Below are positions 28,804 through 38,020 of a stretch of DNA of 64,000 bases, piece after piece. The stretch comes from Henriciella sp. (lineage in GTDB: Bacteria; Pseudomonadota; Alphaproteobacteria; Caulobacterales; Hyphomonadaceae), in the NCBI RefSeq assembly GCF_002733705.1, contig NZ_NVWP01000034.1. One strand, given 5' to 3'. A model generated the notes under the pieces. It did no database searches. It was not told where the DNA came from and saw only the letters and a program-made list of their open reading frames with translations. The number at the start of each line of letters is the position of its first letter. Within the stretch, counting starts at the first letter, position 1. A program made the position numbers and the translations under genes.

Positions 28804-28971
28804 ATGGCCAAGCCGACAACCATCAAGATTCGCCTGAACTCGACTGCCGGGACGGGCTTTTTCTATGTGACCAAGAAAAACCCGCGCAACATCACCGAAA
28901 AGCTGGTGATGCGGAAATATGATCCGATCGCGAAGAAGCATGTCGAATTCAAGGAAGGCAAGATCAAATAG
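28804..28971 (+). CDS. rpmG: 50S ribosomal protein L33 (Zn-free form)
   Basis: Manual translation [55 protein letters not shown]; not in ORF track. Confidence 0.97.
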   Translation: MAKPTTIKIRLNSTAGTGFFYVTKKNPRNITEKLVMRKYDPIAKKHVEFKEGKIK

Positions 28972-28999
28972 GTCTTCGCTTTCATAGCAATTCAGATCC

Positions 29000-29029
29000 A
29001 GCCGGACCTTTGCGTCCGGCTTTTTCTTT
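29000..29029 (+). terminator. intrinsic terminator after rpmG
   Basis: AGCCGGAC-ctttgc-GTCCGGCT followed by TTTTCTTT. Confidence 0.85.
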
Positions 29030-29104
29030 GGGGTCTACGTAAAAGTCTCTATGGACCTGCCCCCCTTCTCGCACGTTATACTCCCTGAAAATTGGAGGTG
29101 ACCC

Positions 29105-29575
29105 ATGGCACTTGAATTCAACAAGGTTGTTGCCGTCATTGATGTCGATGACGATCTCGCCAGTCTGATCATGGAAACGGCGTCGAAGCTGACCGCAGAT
29201 GCCGGCGAACTTCACGCAATCGATTCCAACCCCTTCATTACGACATTCGAGTCGCCCTATGCGGCCGGCGCCCTTGAGGCGGATACCCAGGCCCACCAGG
29301 CGGACGCCAAACGCCGCAAGGAAGATATGAACGCGCTGAAGGCCAAGTTCGCCCCAGGGGCGACTGTGGCGGTTCTGGACGGCGACCCGTCGCGAGATGC
29401 GGCCAGCTATGCCAAGAAGATCGATGCAGACCTCATTGTCATCGGTTCGCAGCAGAAGACCTGGTGGAAACGCCTGTTGCTCGGATCTGAGAGCCTCGAC
29501 ATGTTGCGGGAGGCCCCCTGCGCGGTGTTTGTCGTAACGAACGCGCATGTGAAGCGTGTAAAGGCAAAGGGTTAG
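29105..29575 (+). CDS. universal stress protein (UspA family)
   Basis: ADLIVIGS...LLLGS...LREAPCAVFVV; GGAGG RBS. Confidence 0.88.
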   Translation: MALEFNKVVAVIDVDDDLASLIMETASKLTADAGELHAIDSNPFITTFESPYAAGALEADTQAHQADAKRRKEDMNALKAKFAPGATVAVLDGDPSRDAASYAKKIDADLIVIGSQQKTWWKRLLLGSESLDMLREAPCAVFVVTNAHVKRVKAKG

Positions 29576-29601
29576 ATTGCTTTTGGCGGCCGGTCAGCAG
29601 C

Positions 29602-30972
29602 TCAGGCGGCAATACTCTTGACCTGATTGCGGCCGGCTGTCTTGGCTCGGTACAGCGCATCATCCGCGCGGCGCAGCATGTCTGCGATCGTGTCTTGTTC
29701 ACCATGAAAAGTCGAAACACCGGCGCTCACCGTGATCACCAGCTTGCGCGCATCACGCACACCTGCGTCAAAGGGGTCTGACGCGATCGCGCGGCGGATG
29801 CGCTCAGCCGCCGAACAGGCAAGATCGCCGTCCGTTTCCGGCATGATGACCAGGAATTCCTCCCCGCCGGGCCGGCAGACAATATCTTTCGGGCGGACAT
29901 TCGCCATCAGCCTCTCGGCGAATAGCTTGAGGACCGCATCTCCCGCTTCATGGCCATAAATATCGTTCACTCTCTTGAAATAGTCGATGTCCACAGAGAC
30001 AACCGAAAGCGGTTTGCCGCCCATACCGGCCCGTTTGATCCAGAGCGCGAGCTGGTTGTTCATATAGCGGCGGTTATAGAGACCCGTGAGCTGGTCGATC
30101 ACTGAGAGCTCCAGCCCTGTATCGACGCGATTTCGCAGGATCTCCACATAGCGCGACTTGCGTGTCTGGGTGCGGATGCGTGCGAGCAGTTCCTCGGTGG
30201 TGAAGGGCTGCTGGATCACATCGCTGGCCCCGAGCTCAAGCGCCCGGCCGGCGAGTGCATTGTCGGTGTCTTCGGCCGTCACGATGATCGACAGGGCCCG
30301 TGTTTCGTCATTCGTACGCAGATGCGCGCACAGACGAAGGGGATCATAGGCCTGATCGCTGAGCCCGAGCAGGACGAGGTCCAGCTTGCCTCGCCGGGTC
30401 ATATTCGGCCCCTCAGCCTCTTCCAGAGTAAAAACATGATGGCCGGCCGCTTCCAGAGGTTCTCGCAAGCGCCGGACATTGTAGGGATTTGTGTCGACAA
30501 CGAGCACATTCACGTCGCGGTTCAGCGTTTCATTCTCTTCCTCACTGAATGCCCCGAACCGGACGCCGCTCGCCTCGCGCTGGCGAAGTTCCCTTGTGAC
30601 CGCATTGTAGCGGATCAGCGCGCTCAGCCTGGAAGCCAGCGCAAAATCATCGACCGGCTTTGTCAGGAAGTCGTCCGCCCCCGCATCCAGTCCGCGAACG
30701 CGGTCAGCGGTCTCGCTGAGCGCACTCAGCATGACGACGGGAATATGCGCAGTCTCCGGCGATGCCTTGAGCTGCCGGCAGACTTCATATCCGTCCATAC
30801 CCGGCATCATGATATCCAGAAGTATGATTTCCGGCGCTTCGGTACATGCGAGTTTTAGCGCCTCGGGCCCGTTTTCCGCCAGAATGACCGAATAGTATCT
30901 TGCGGCCAGCTTGGCCTGCATCAGGCGCCGGTTCGCCAGGATATCGTCAACAACGAGGATGCGCGCGCTCAT
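29602..30972 (-). CDS. pleD: response regulator diguanylate cyclase PleD
   Basis: REC-REC'-GGDEF; DQLTGLYNRRY, DIDYFK.VND, RxxD I-site, GGEEF; coupled to divK. Confidence 0.95.
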   Translation of the reverse strand: MSARILVVDDILANRRLMQAKLAARYYSVILAENGPEALKLACTEAPEIILLDIMMPGMDGYEVCRQLKASPETAHIPVVMLSALSETADRVRGLDAGADDFLTKPVDDFALASRLSALIRYNAVTRELRQREASGVRFGAFSEEENETLNRDVNVLVVDTNPYNVRRLREPLEAAGHHVFTLEEAEGPNMTRRGKLDLVLLGLSDQAYDPLRLCAHLRTNDETRALSIIVTAEDTDNALAGRALELGASDVIQQPFTTEELLARIRTQTRKSRYVEILRNRVDTGLELSVIDQLTGLYNRRYMNNQLALWIKRAGMGGKPLSVVSVDIDYFKRVNDIYGHEAGDAVLKLFAERLMANVRPKDIVCRPGGEEFLVIMPETDGDLACSAAERIRRAIASDPFDAGVRDARKLVITVSAGVSTFHGEQDTIADMLRRADDALYRAKTAGRNQVKSIAA

Positions 30973-31361
30973 GCCGCCCGCCTGTCTCCAATAAGATCCT
31001 CGACTGCCGCGCGGAAGGAACGCATCTGAATAGGTTTGGACAGATAGGCCTCGCAGCCTGCCTCGCGCACCAGCTTCTCATCGGAGCGCATCGCAAATGC
31101 GGTAACAGCAAGGACCGGTATGGAGGCGATCGATTCATCATCCTTGATCCAGCGGGTGATATCGAGCCCCGAGACGTCCGGCAGCTGGATATCCATGACG
31201 ATGAGGGCGGGCTTATGCTGGCGGGTAAGTTCAACTGCACGCGCGCCGTCGCGGCATTGCAGCGTGTCATATCCGAAGGCATCAAGAAGATCACAGAACA
31301 GGCGCATGTTCAGTTCATTGTCCTCGACAACGAGAACCGTTTTGCGAGCGCCTGACGTCAT
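30969..31361 (-). CDS. divK: single-domain response regulator DivK
   Basis: VLVVEDNELNMRLF, LIVMDIQLP, VLAVTAFAM..DE, GCEAYLSKPI. Confidence 0.95.
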   Translation of the reverse strand: MTSGARKTVLVVEDNELNMRLFCDLLDAFGYDTLQCRDGARAVELTRQHKPALIVMDIQLPDVSGLDITRWIKDDESIASIPVLAVTAFAMRSDEKLVREAGCEAYLSKPIQMRSFRAAVEDLIGDRRAA

Positions 31362-31420
31362 TTCCCCTGCTTCACCCTCACATCAAAGTCTTCTTCAATA
31401 TCCACATAGCCCGAAGAGTC

Positions 31421-31435
31421 TTAATCTTTGTTTGA
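31421..31435 (+). promoter_or_regulatory. CtrA-box-like site upstream of divK
   Basis: TTAA-tctttgt-TTGA in the divK/dinB divergent region. Confidence 0.45.
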
Positions 31436-31483
31436 ATTCAGCCGGTAACTTGCCGCTCCGGCAGGAACATGAGAAGAACAAGC

Positions 31484-32764
31484 ATGATGTCGCTATGCCG
31501 GGACTGCTCGTCTGTCCAATCAGGTCAGGTCGCGAAATGCCCGGTCTGTCAGGGCGAGCGCATGATCAGTCATGACCAGCTCGGCGAGCTGACGGTTGCC
31601 CATATCGATTGCGATGCATTCTACGCAGCCATTGAAAAAAGGGACAATCCCGAGCTTCGAAACAAGCCCGTCATCGTCGGTGGCGGCCAGCGCGGCGTGG
31701 TCGCCACCTGTTGCTACATTGCCCGGCTGGACGGCGTGCGCTCTGCCATGCCCATGTTCAAGGCGCTCAAGGCGTGCCCCAACGCTATCGTGATCCGGCC
31801 GGACTTCCGCAAGTATACAGCCGTCTCGCGCGATATACGGGCCAGACTGGAGACGTTGAGCCCGATGGTCCAGATGGTCAGTATCGATGAGGGGTATATC
31901 GACCTGTCGGGCACGCAGCGCCTGCATGCCCACCTGCCGGCCGCCCTGCTCGCCACGCTTGCCCGCGATATCGAACGAGACCTTGGCATCACCATATCCA
32001 TCGGGCTGGCCGAGAACAGATTCCTTGCCAAGATGGCGAGCGAAATGGACAAGCCGCGCGGCTTTGCCGTTCTTTCCAAGGCTGATGCGAAATCGATTCT
32101 CGGCCCGATGCCGGTGACGGCGATCCATGGCGTTGGACCGGCCTTTGCCAAACGGCTGTCGCGCGACGGGCTCCACCTGATCGGGGACGTCCAGGCACGC
32201 GGCCGGGCAGACATGATGCGCCAATATGGCGAGGGCGGCCAGCATCTGTGGGACCGGGCCAACGGCATCGATCACCGGCGCGTCTCACCAGGACGTGAGC
32301 GCAAATCAGTTTCTGCCGAGCGCACCTTCAACACCGATATCTCCGACCCGACGGTACTGGAGGACCGCCTCTGGGCCGTCTGCGAAGAAACGGCGACGCG
32401 TGCCAAGGCGCATGGCGTATCGGGCTATGTGGTCACGCTGAAACTAAAGACGAAAACATTCAGAAGTCTGACCCGGAGTGTCACCCTCTCTGAGCCGACG
32501 CAGCTTGCCCAGACGCTTTTTCGCACGGCGCGCCCGCTGCTCAGCCGCGAGACATCGGGCACCACGGCCTACCGGCTGATCGGTATCGGCATTTCGGACC
32601 TTCATCCGGCCGGTCTCGACCAGATAGATCTTGTTGATCCGGCTGTGGCAAAACGCGCGGCAGCCGAACGCGCCATAGATCGCGCCCGCGGAAAATTCGG
32701 TGACCAGGCCGTCCAGACCGGCCGGGCCATGCGTTCAGAGCGGCGAAAGCGCACGCCGGACTAA
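31484..32764 (+). CDS. dinB: DNA polymerase IV
   Basis: N-terminal CRDC..CPVC; AHIDCDAFYA, VATCCY.AR, SIDEGY, AKMASEMDKP.G. Confidence 0.95.
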   Translation: MMSLCRDCSSVQSGQVAKCPVCQGERMISHDQLGELTVAHIDCDAFYAAIEKRDNPELRNKPVIVGGGQRGVVATCCYIARLDGVRSAMPMFKALKACPNAIVIRPDFRKYTAVSRDIRARLETLSPMVQMVSIDEGYIDLSGTQRLHAHLPAALLATLARDIERDLGITISIGLAENRFLAKMASEMDKPRGFAVLSKADAKSILGPMPVTAIHGVGPAFAKRLSRDGLHLIGDVQARGRADMMRQYGEGGQHLWDRANGIDHRRVSPGRERKSVSAERTFNTDISDPTVLEDRLWAVCEETATRAKAHGVSGYVVTLKLKTKTFRSLTRSVTLSEPTQLAQTLFRTARPLLSRETSGTTAYRLIGIGISDLHPAGLDQIDLVDPAVAKRAAAERAIDRARGKFGDQAVQTGRAMRSERRKRTPD

Positions 32765-32832
32765 AGCGTGCCTTGCCGGGGGCGGGCCCATGTGTTCAAG
32801 AGGTGAAAAGATAACCACCGGAGCCCCTGTCC

Positions 32833-33294
32833 ATGAGCACACCCGAAGCCCGCCTGGTCAATCTCGGCATCACGCTGCCAGAACCGATGAAAGCGGTGGC
32901 CAATTACGTTCCCTTCGTGATCTCAGGCCAGCACCTTTATATCTCCGGCCAGGTCAGCTCTACGCCTGACGGGCTTGTGACAGGGCGTCTTGGCGAGACA
33001 ATGGACCTGCCCGCCGGCCAGCAGGCGGCAAAGCGCTGCGGCATCAATCTCATCGCCCAGTGCAAGGCTGCCGTGGGCGACCTTTCCCGAATCAAGCGCG
33101 TCGTGAAACTTGGCGGCTTTGTGAACTCGCATCCGCTCTTCATCGACATCCCACAGGTCATCAATGGCTGCTCGGACCTGATGGTCGAGGTATTTGGAGA
33201 CGCCGGTCGCCACGCCCGCTCGGCCGTGGCCTGCCCCACCCTGCCGCTGGGCGTTGCTGTAGAGATCGACGGAATATTCGAAATCGAAAGCTGA
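32833..33294 (+). CDS. RidA/YjgF family protein
   Basis: VANYVP, LYISGQ, VVKLGGFVNS, NGCSDL..EVFG..GRHARSAV. Confidence 0.92.
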   Translation: MSTPEARLVNLGITLPEPMKAVANYVPFVISGQHLYISGQVSSTPDGLVTGRLGETMDLPAGQQAAKRCGINLIAQCKAAVGDLSRIKRVVKLGGFVNSHPLFIDIPQVINGCSDLMVEVFGDAGRHARSAVACPTLPLGVAVEIDGIFEIES

Positions 33295-33302
33295 GGACTG
33301 TT

Positions 33303-34028
33303 TTGGCCGAAAGATTCAATCTGCTAGCCTACCACTATGCCCATCGCGGACTGTGGTCGAACGAAACCTATCCGGAAAACAGCCTGGAGGCGATCCTGGC
33401 CGCTGGTGGCGGTGGGATCGGGTGCGAGATCGATGTGCGTCCGGCTGCCTGTGGCACACCGGTCGTCTTTCACGACGCCATCCTTGACCGGATGACTGAC
33501 ACGACCGGTTTCGTCTCCAATCATTCGGCCGAAGAGCTGACAAAGCTGAACCTCAAGGGTAACGGCACATTCGTCACACTGGATCAGGTCCTGGAGGCCT
33601 GGACATCCGACACCCCGCTTCTGATCGAGCTGAAGATCGATGGGGAAACCGATGCTGAAGGCTTTACCAATATCGTATCGGAACGCGTCGCCGCCTATGA
33701 CGGGCCGGCTGCGCTGATGAGCTTCAGCCGCCGGGCCGTTTCTGCCGTACCTGCCGGCATCATGAAGGGCGCCCTCATCCTGCCGAGCCGCATGTCGCAG
33801 GACATTACCCTGCAGGCGCTGGTCAGCACGTCTGCTGCGCTCATGCCGGATTTCATCGCCGCCCACTGGTCCGACGCTGCGGAGGCGACGACGACAGCTA
33901 CCGATTACGGCCTGCCACTGGCGGTCTGGACGATAGATACGGCGGACCGGGCGCAGGAGCTGAAATCGCTGCCCATCGCCCAGATCTTCGAAGGCTTCGA
34001 TCCAGCCTTTGTCAGGCCGGAGGCATGA
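33303..34028 (+). CDS. glycerophosphodiester phosphodiesterase family protein
   Basis: AHRGL...PENSL, EIDV, VVFHD..LDRMT, LLIELK; TTG start inferred from GAGGA RBS. Confidence 0.88.
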   Translation: MAERFNLLAYHYAHRGLWSNETYPENSLEAILAAGGGGIGCEIDVRPAACGTPVVFHDAILDRMTDTTGFVSNHSAEELTKLNLKGNGTFVTLDQVLEAWTSDTPLLIELKIDGETDAEGFTNIVSERVAAYDGPAALMSFSRRAVSAVPAGIMKGALILPSRMSQDITLQALVSTSAALMPDFIAAHWSDAAEATTTATDYGLPLAVWTIDTADRAQELKSLPIAQIFEGFDPAFVRPEA

Positions 34029-34043
34029 GCTAGATTCCACTCT

Positions 34044-35207
34044 ATGGATGAAGCGCGCCTCGAAATCAGACTGATCCGGAGCCTCAGCGAGATCGGGGCC
34101 GAGGACTGGAATGCGGTCGCCAATCCACCGGGCGAACCCTATGACCCTTTTCTGAGCTGGCAGTTTCTTCAGGCACTGGAGGAAAGCGGCGCCGCAGCGC
34201 CAGAGACAGGCTGGGCGCCCCACCACATCCTTGTCGAGGAGATCGGCCGCGGCCTTGTCGGGGCCATGCCGCTCTATCTGAAATCCCACTCGCAGGGTGA
34301 GTTTGTCTTCGACCATAGCTGGGCCGATGCCTATGAGCGCGCGGGCGGGCATTACTACCCCAAACTTCTCTCGGCGGTGCCGTTCACGCCCGTCACCGGC
34401 CGACGCCGCCTCGTCAAGCCGGGGCCGGACGCCCAGCGCATTGGCGACGCCCTGCTCGGCGCGGCCGTAAAGATTGCGGCCGACAATGATATTTCCTCGC
34501 TCCATATCAATTTCCTGCCACCCGAAGAGGCGCTTCGGCTCGAGGCGGCAGGCCTTCTCATCCGCACGGACCAGCAGTTTCACTGGCACAATGAGGGCTA
34601 TGAGAGCTTTGATGATTTCCTGGCCGCGCTTTCTTCATCAAAGCGCAAGAATCTCCGCAAGGAACGGCAGAAAGCCCAGGACGGTCTCGTCTTTCGCCAC
34701 ATTACCGGCGCCGATATCACCGAAGACCACTGGGACGTCTTCTACGAATTCTATATGGACACCGGCGCGCGAAAATGGGGCTCTCCCTATCTCAACCGTG
34801 AGACCTTTTCGCTGCTGGGTGAGCGTATAGCAGACGATATTCTGCTCGTTTTCGCCGAAGAGGATGGCCATCCGATCGCAGGCGCACTCAACATGATCGG
34901 CGGCGACCGGCTTCTCGGGCGCTATTGGGGCACGACGTCCCCCCGCCCCATGCTTCACTTCGAGACCTGCTACTATCAGGCCATCGATTTTGCCATCGCC
35001 CATGACCTAAAGACGGTAGAGGCCGGCGCGCAGGGCGGCCACAAACTCGCGCGCGGCTATGTGCCTTCCACCACCTATTCCGCGCACTGGATCGCGCATG
35101 AGGGCCTGGCGCAGGCCGTTGAGGAATACCTTGGCCGGGAACGCCAGATGGTTGAAAAAGAAGCTGATTTCCTGAAAGAAAGAACGCCGTTCAAGAAGGA
35201 CGGCTAA
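34044..35207 (+). CDS. FemAB-like GNAT family protein (peptidoglycan biosynthesis/recognition family)
   Basis: PLYLKSHSQGEFVFDHSWADAYERAGG.YYPKL, LHFETCYYQAI, EAGAQG.HKLARGY. Confidence 0.9.
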   Translation: MDEARLEIRLIRSLSEIGAEDWNAVANPPGEPYDPFLSWQFLQALEESGAAAPETGWAPHHILVEEIGRGLVGAMPLYLKSHSQGEFVFDHSWADAYERAGGHYYPKLLSAVPFTPVTGRRRLVKPGPDAQRIGDALLGAAVKIAADNDISSLHINFLPPEEALRLEAAGLLIRTDQQFHWHNEGYESFDDFLAALSSSKRKNLRKERQKAQDGLVFRHITGADITEDHWDVFYEFYMDTGARKWGSPYLNRETFSLLGERIADDILLVFAEEDGHPIAGALNMIGGDRLLGRYWGTTSPRPMLHFETCYYQAIDFAIAHDLKTVEAGAQGGHKLARGYVPSTTYSAHWIAHEGLAQAVEEYLGRERQMVEKEADFLKERTPFKKDG

Positions 35208-35223
35208 GACGAGAGAGCGAGAC

Positions 35224-35658
35224 ATGGCCCTGCACGGCGACTACGATACCGATAACATCTTCGCAAAAATGCTACGCGGGGAAATGCCCTGCGTGAAGGT
35301 CTTTGAGGACGACGTCGCCCTCGCCTTCATGGACATCTTTCCGCAGGCCGAGGGCCACACGCTGGTCATCCCGAAGGATGTAAAGGCGCGCAATTTTCTG
35401 GAGCTCAAACCCAAGAAGATCGGGCCCTATATGGAGCGGGTCCAGACCGTCGCGAAAGCCGTGGAGAAGGCGCTAAAACCCGATGGGCTTCGGATTGTGC
35501 AGTTCAACGGCGCCCCGGCCGGGCAGACCGTGTATCACCTCCACTTCCACATCCTGCCCGTCATGGAAGGCCAGAGCGCCCGCCCCCATGCCAGCGGCAA
35601 ACCCGCAGACACTGAAGAGCTTCAGGCGCTGGCGGAGAAGATTGCGGCCTATCTTTAA
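35224..35658 (+). CDS. HIT family hydrolase
   Basis: NIFAKMLRGE, FMDIFP, GHTLVIPK, GQTVYHLHFHILP. Confidence 0.93.
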   Translation: MALHGDYDTDNIFAKMLRGEMPCVKVFEDDVALAFMDIFPQAEGHTLVIPKDVKARNFLELKPKKIGPYMERVQTVAKAVEKALKPDGLRIVQFNGAPAGQTVYHLHFHILPVMEGQSARPHASGKPADTEELQALAEKIAAYL

Positions 35659-35702
35659 ACCCCGATAGGAGGGCGCGGGTGCAGGCGAAACTAATCATCG
35701 GT

Positions 35703-35737
35703 GTCCCGGGTCTCATTTCAGTCGCCCGGGATGACGA
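35703..35737. repeat. REP-like palindrome / bidirectional terminator between convergent HIT and gatB
   Basis: TCCCGGG (35704-35710) pairs with CCCGGGA (35725-35731), ending GATGACG. Confidence 0.5.
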
Positions 35738-35759
35738 AAATTCCGAATATCGGCGAGAC

Positions 35760-37271
35760 CTAGAGGCCCAGCTTCTGCTTCAGGATCTCATTCACCGCCT
35801 GCGGGTTAGCCTTGCCACCAGAGGCTTTCATCACCTGTCCGACAAACCAGCCCATCGCTTTCGGCTTTTCCTTCACGGACTCTGCCTGCTCTGGATTGGC
35901 GGCGATGATCTCATCGACAATGGCTTCGATGGCGCCGGTATCGGTGACCTGTTTGAGGCCGTGCTTCTCGACAATGTCACCCGGGTCGCCTTCGCCGTCG
36001 ATCATGCGCGCGAACACGTCCTTGGCGATCTTGCCCGAGATGGTGTCATTGGAAATGAGATCGACCAGCTCGCCCAGCTGCTTGGCTGAGACCGGGCTGT
36101 CGGCCAGCTCCAGATCCTCGCGGTTGAGATAGCCGAACAGCTCCTGACTGACCCAGTTGGCGGCGAGCTTTGCATCGCGACCCTTTGCAACAGCCTCAAA
36201 GAATTCGGCGCGCTCACTGTCAGCCGTCAGAACACCGGCATCATAGCGTGAGAGCCCATATTCGCTCTCGAAGCGCTGGCGTTTCTCGTCCGGGAGCTCC
36301 GGCAGGCTTTCACGGATATTGTCGATGAAGAGGTCGTCAATCTCCAGCGGCAGCAGGTCCGGGTCGGGGAAATAGCGATAATCGTGCGCGTCTTCCTTGG
36401 AGCGCATGGACCGCGTCTCGCCCTTGTTCGGGTCGAACAGGCGCGTTTCCTGATCGACCTTGCCACCGCTCTCGATGATCTCGATCTGGCGGCGCGCCTC
36501 ATATTCGATGGCCGCCTGAATGAAGCGGAACGAGTTCATGTTCTTGATCTCGCAGCGCGTGCCGAGATGGCTGAAGTCGCCCGTCTCACGGAACTTCTCA
36601 TAGGCGCCAGGCTTGCAGACCGAGACGTTTACGTCTGCACGCAGATTACCCTTCTCCATGTCACCGTCGCAGGTGCCAAGCGCGACCACAATGGATTTGA
36701 GCTTCTTCACGTAAGCTGCTGCTTCCAAAGGCGTTCTGACGTCCGGCTTGGACACGATCTCCATCAGCGCGACGCCGGACCGGTTAAGGTCCACATAGGT
36801 CGCGGTCGGGTCCATGTCGTGAATCGACTTGCCCGCATCCTGTTCAAGGTGAAGGCGTTCTATCCGTACAGGGAAGGAATAGGCCGGGTCGCCATGAGCC
36901 GGTTCGACATCGACCTCGATCTCACCCTCACCGACGATGGGGTGGTCGAACTGGCTGATCTGATAGCCCTGCGGCAGGTCCGGATAGAAATAATTCTTGC
37001 GGTCGAAGCGGGAATATTTGTTGATCTTCGCCTTGAGGCCAAGCCCCGTGCGCACCGCCTGCTCGACGCATTTGCGGTTGATTACCGGCAGCATGCCGGG
37101 CATGGCGGCGTCCACCAGCGAGACATTGCAGTTGGGATCGGCGCCAAACTCAGTCGACGCGCCGGAAAAAAGCTTCGCCTGCGAGGCGACCTGCGCATGG
37201 ACTTCTAAGCCCATGACAAGTTCCCAGTCTCCGGTGTCGCCTTTCAGCGTGTAAGTCGGCCGCTCGGACAT
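35760..37271 (-). CDS. gatB: Asp/Glu-tRNA amidotransferase subunit B
   Basis: [51 protein letters not shown]. Confidence 0.97.
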   Translation of the reverse strand: MSERPTYTLKGDTGDWELVMGLEVHAQVASQAKLFSGASTEFGADPNCNVSLVDAAMPGMLPVINRKCVEQAVRTGLGLKAKINKYSRFDRKNYFYPDLPQGYQISQFDHPIVGEGEIEVDVEPAHGDPAYSFPVRIERLHLEQDAGKSIHDMDPTATYVDLNRSGVALMEIVSKPDVRTPLEAAAYVKKLKSIVVALGTCDGDMEKGNLRADVNVSVCKPGAYEKFRETGDFSHLGTRCEIKNMNSFRFIQAAIEYEARRQIEIIESGGKVDQETRLFDPNKGETRSMRSKEDAHDYRYFPDPDLLPLEIDDLFIDNIRESLPELPDEKRQRFESEYGLSRYDAGVLTADSERAEFFEAVAKGRDAKLAANWVSQELFGYLNREDLELADSPVSAKQLGELVDLISNDTISGKIAKDVFARMIDGEGDPGDIVEKHGLKQVTDTGAIEAIVDEIIAANPEQAESVKEKPKAMGWFVGQVMKASGGKANPQAVNEILKQKLGL

Positions 37272-37364
37272 GCTCAAAAATCCCGATTCAATTCTCTTGT
37301 CAGCGCGCGTTTAAGCATAGCTCGCAAGGCCTTGCCATAGGCGCGCATGCGGCGCTTGCAGCAC

Positions 37365-37691
37365 CTAGCTCGTTTTGTCCTGGCCGGCCTTCTTCTGGGC
37401 GGCAGCCACCCGGGCCTTGCGGGCCGCCATACGGTCCTTGATATTGGCACTGAGCCGGCTTGGCGCTTCTGTGTCGTCAGCCTTGCGTTCGCGGCGATAC
37501 TGGAGCCGCTCAACGAATATCGCGCCACGAAGCGAGATGTAGAGCGCCGCGACAACAGCTGCCAGCCAGTACATCCGCGTGCGCGGATGGAACGGGTTCA
37601 CCCCATTGTACCAGGCCATCGACAGGATGAGCAGCAGCATGAGGATAAAGGCCAGAGCTGCATAAAGGACGGTGCGGGTTTTTCTCGACAT
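37365..37691 (-). CDS. hypothetical two-TM membrane protein
   Basis: Two hydrophobic helices and a basic tail; fills the gap between gatA and gatB co-directionally. Confidence 0.65.
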   Translation of the reverse strand: MSRKTRTVLYAALAFILMLLLILSMAWYNGVNPFHPRTRMYWLAAVVAALYISLRGAIFVERLQYRRERKADDTEAPSRLSANIKDRMAARKARVAAAQKKAGQDKTS

Positions 37692-37740
37692 GGCAGCAAA
37701 CTAGCACCGCAAGGCGCGCGCCGTCACGCATACAGATGCG

Positions 37741-38010
37741 TTATTCCTTATGGTTCTTCTCGTCCCATTCATCTGCCAGCGGCAGAAGCGGAAGCAGAAT
37801 GAGAAACAACGCAAAAAGGAACAGGAGCGCCGGGATCGCGATGCTTTTGTCCTGTCCATCGAGCGCCATTCCAGAGGTCACCGAATAAACGGCAAGACCA
37901 CCGAGAAAGACAGCAATTGGCCAGCGTACAGCACGGAAGCGGAACACCCTCGCACCGAAAACCGAACTGATCAGCTTTTCGAGTGTGTTGCGGTGGCCCC
38001 GGGTCGACAT
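37741..38010 (-). CDS. hypothetical two-TM membrane protein
   Basis: Start moved to ATG 38010 (MSTRGHRNTLEK...) to avoid overlap with gatA; two hydrophobic segments. Confidence 0.55.
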   Translation of the reverse strand: MSTRGHRNTLEKLISSVFGARVFRFRAVRWPIAVFLGGLAVYSVTSGMALDGQDKSIAIPALLFLFALFLILLPLLPLADEWDEKNHKE

Positions 38011-38020
38011 AGGCTGAAGC

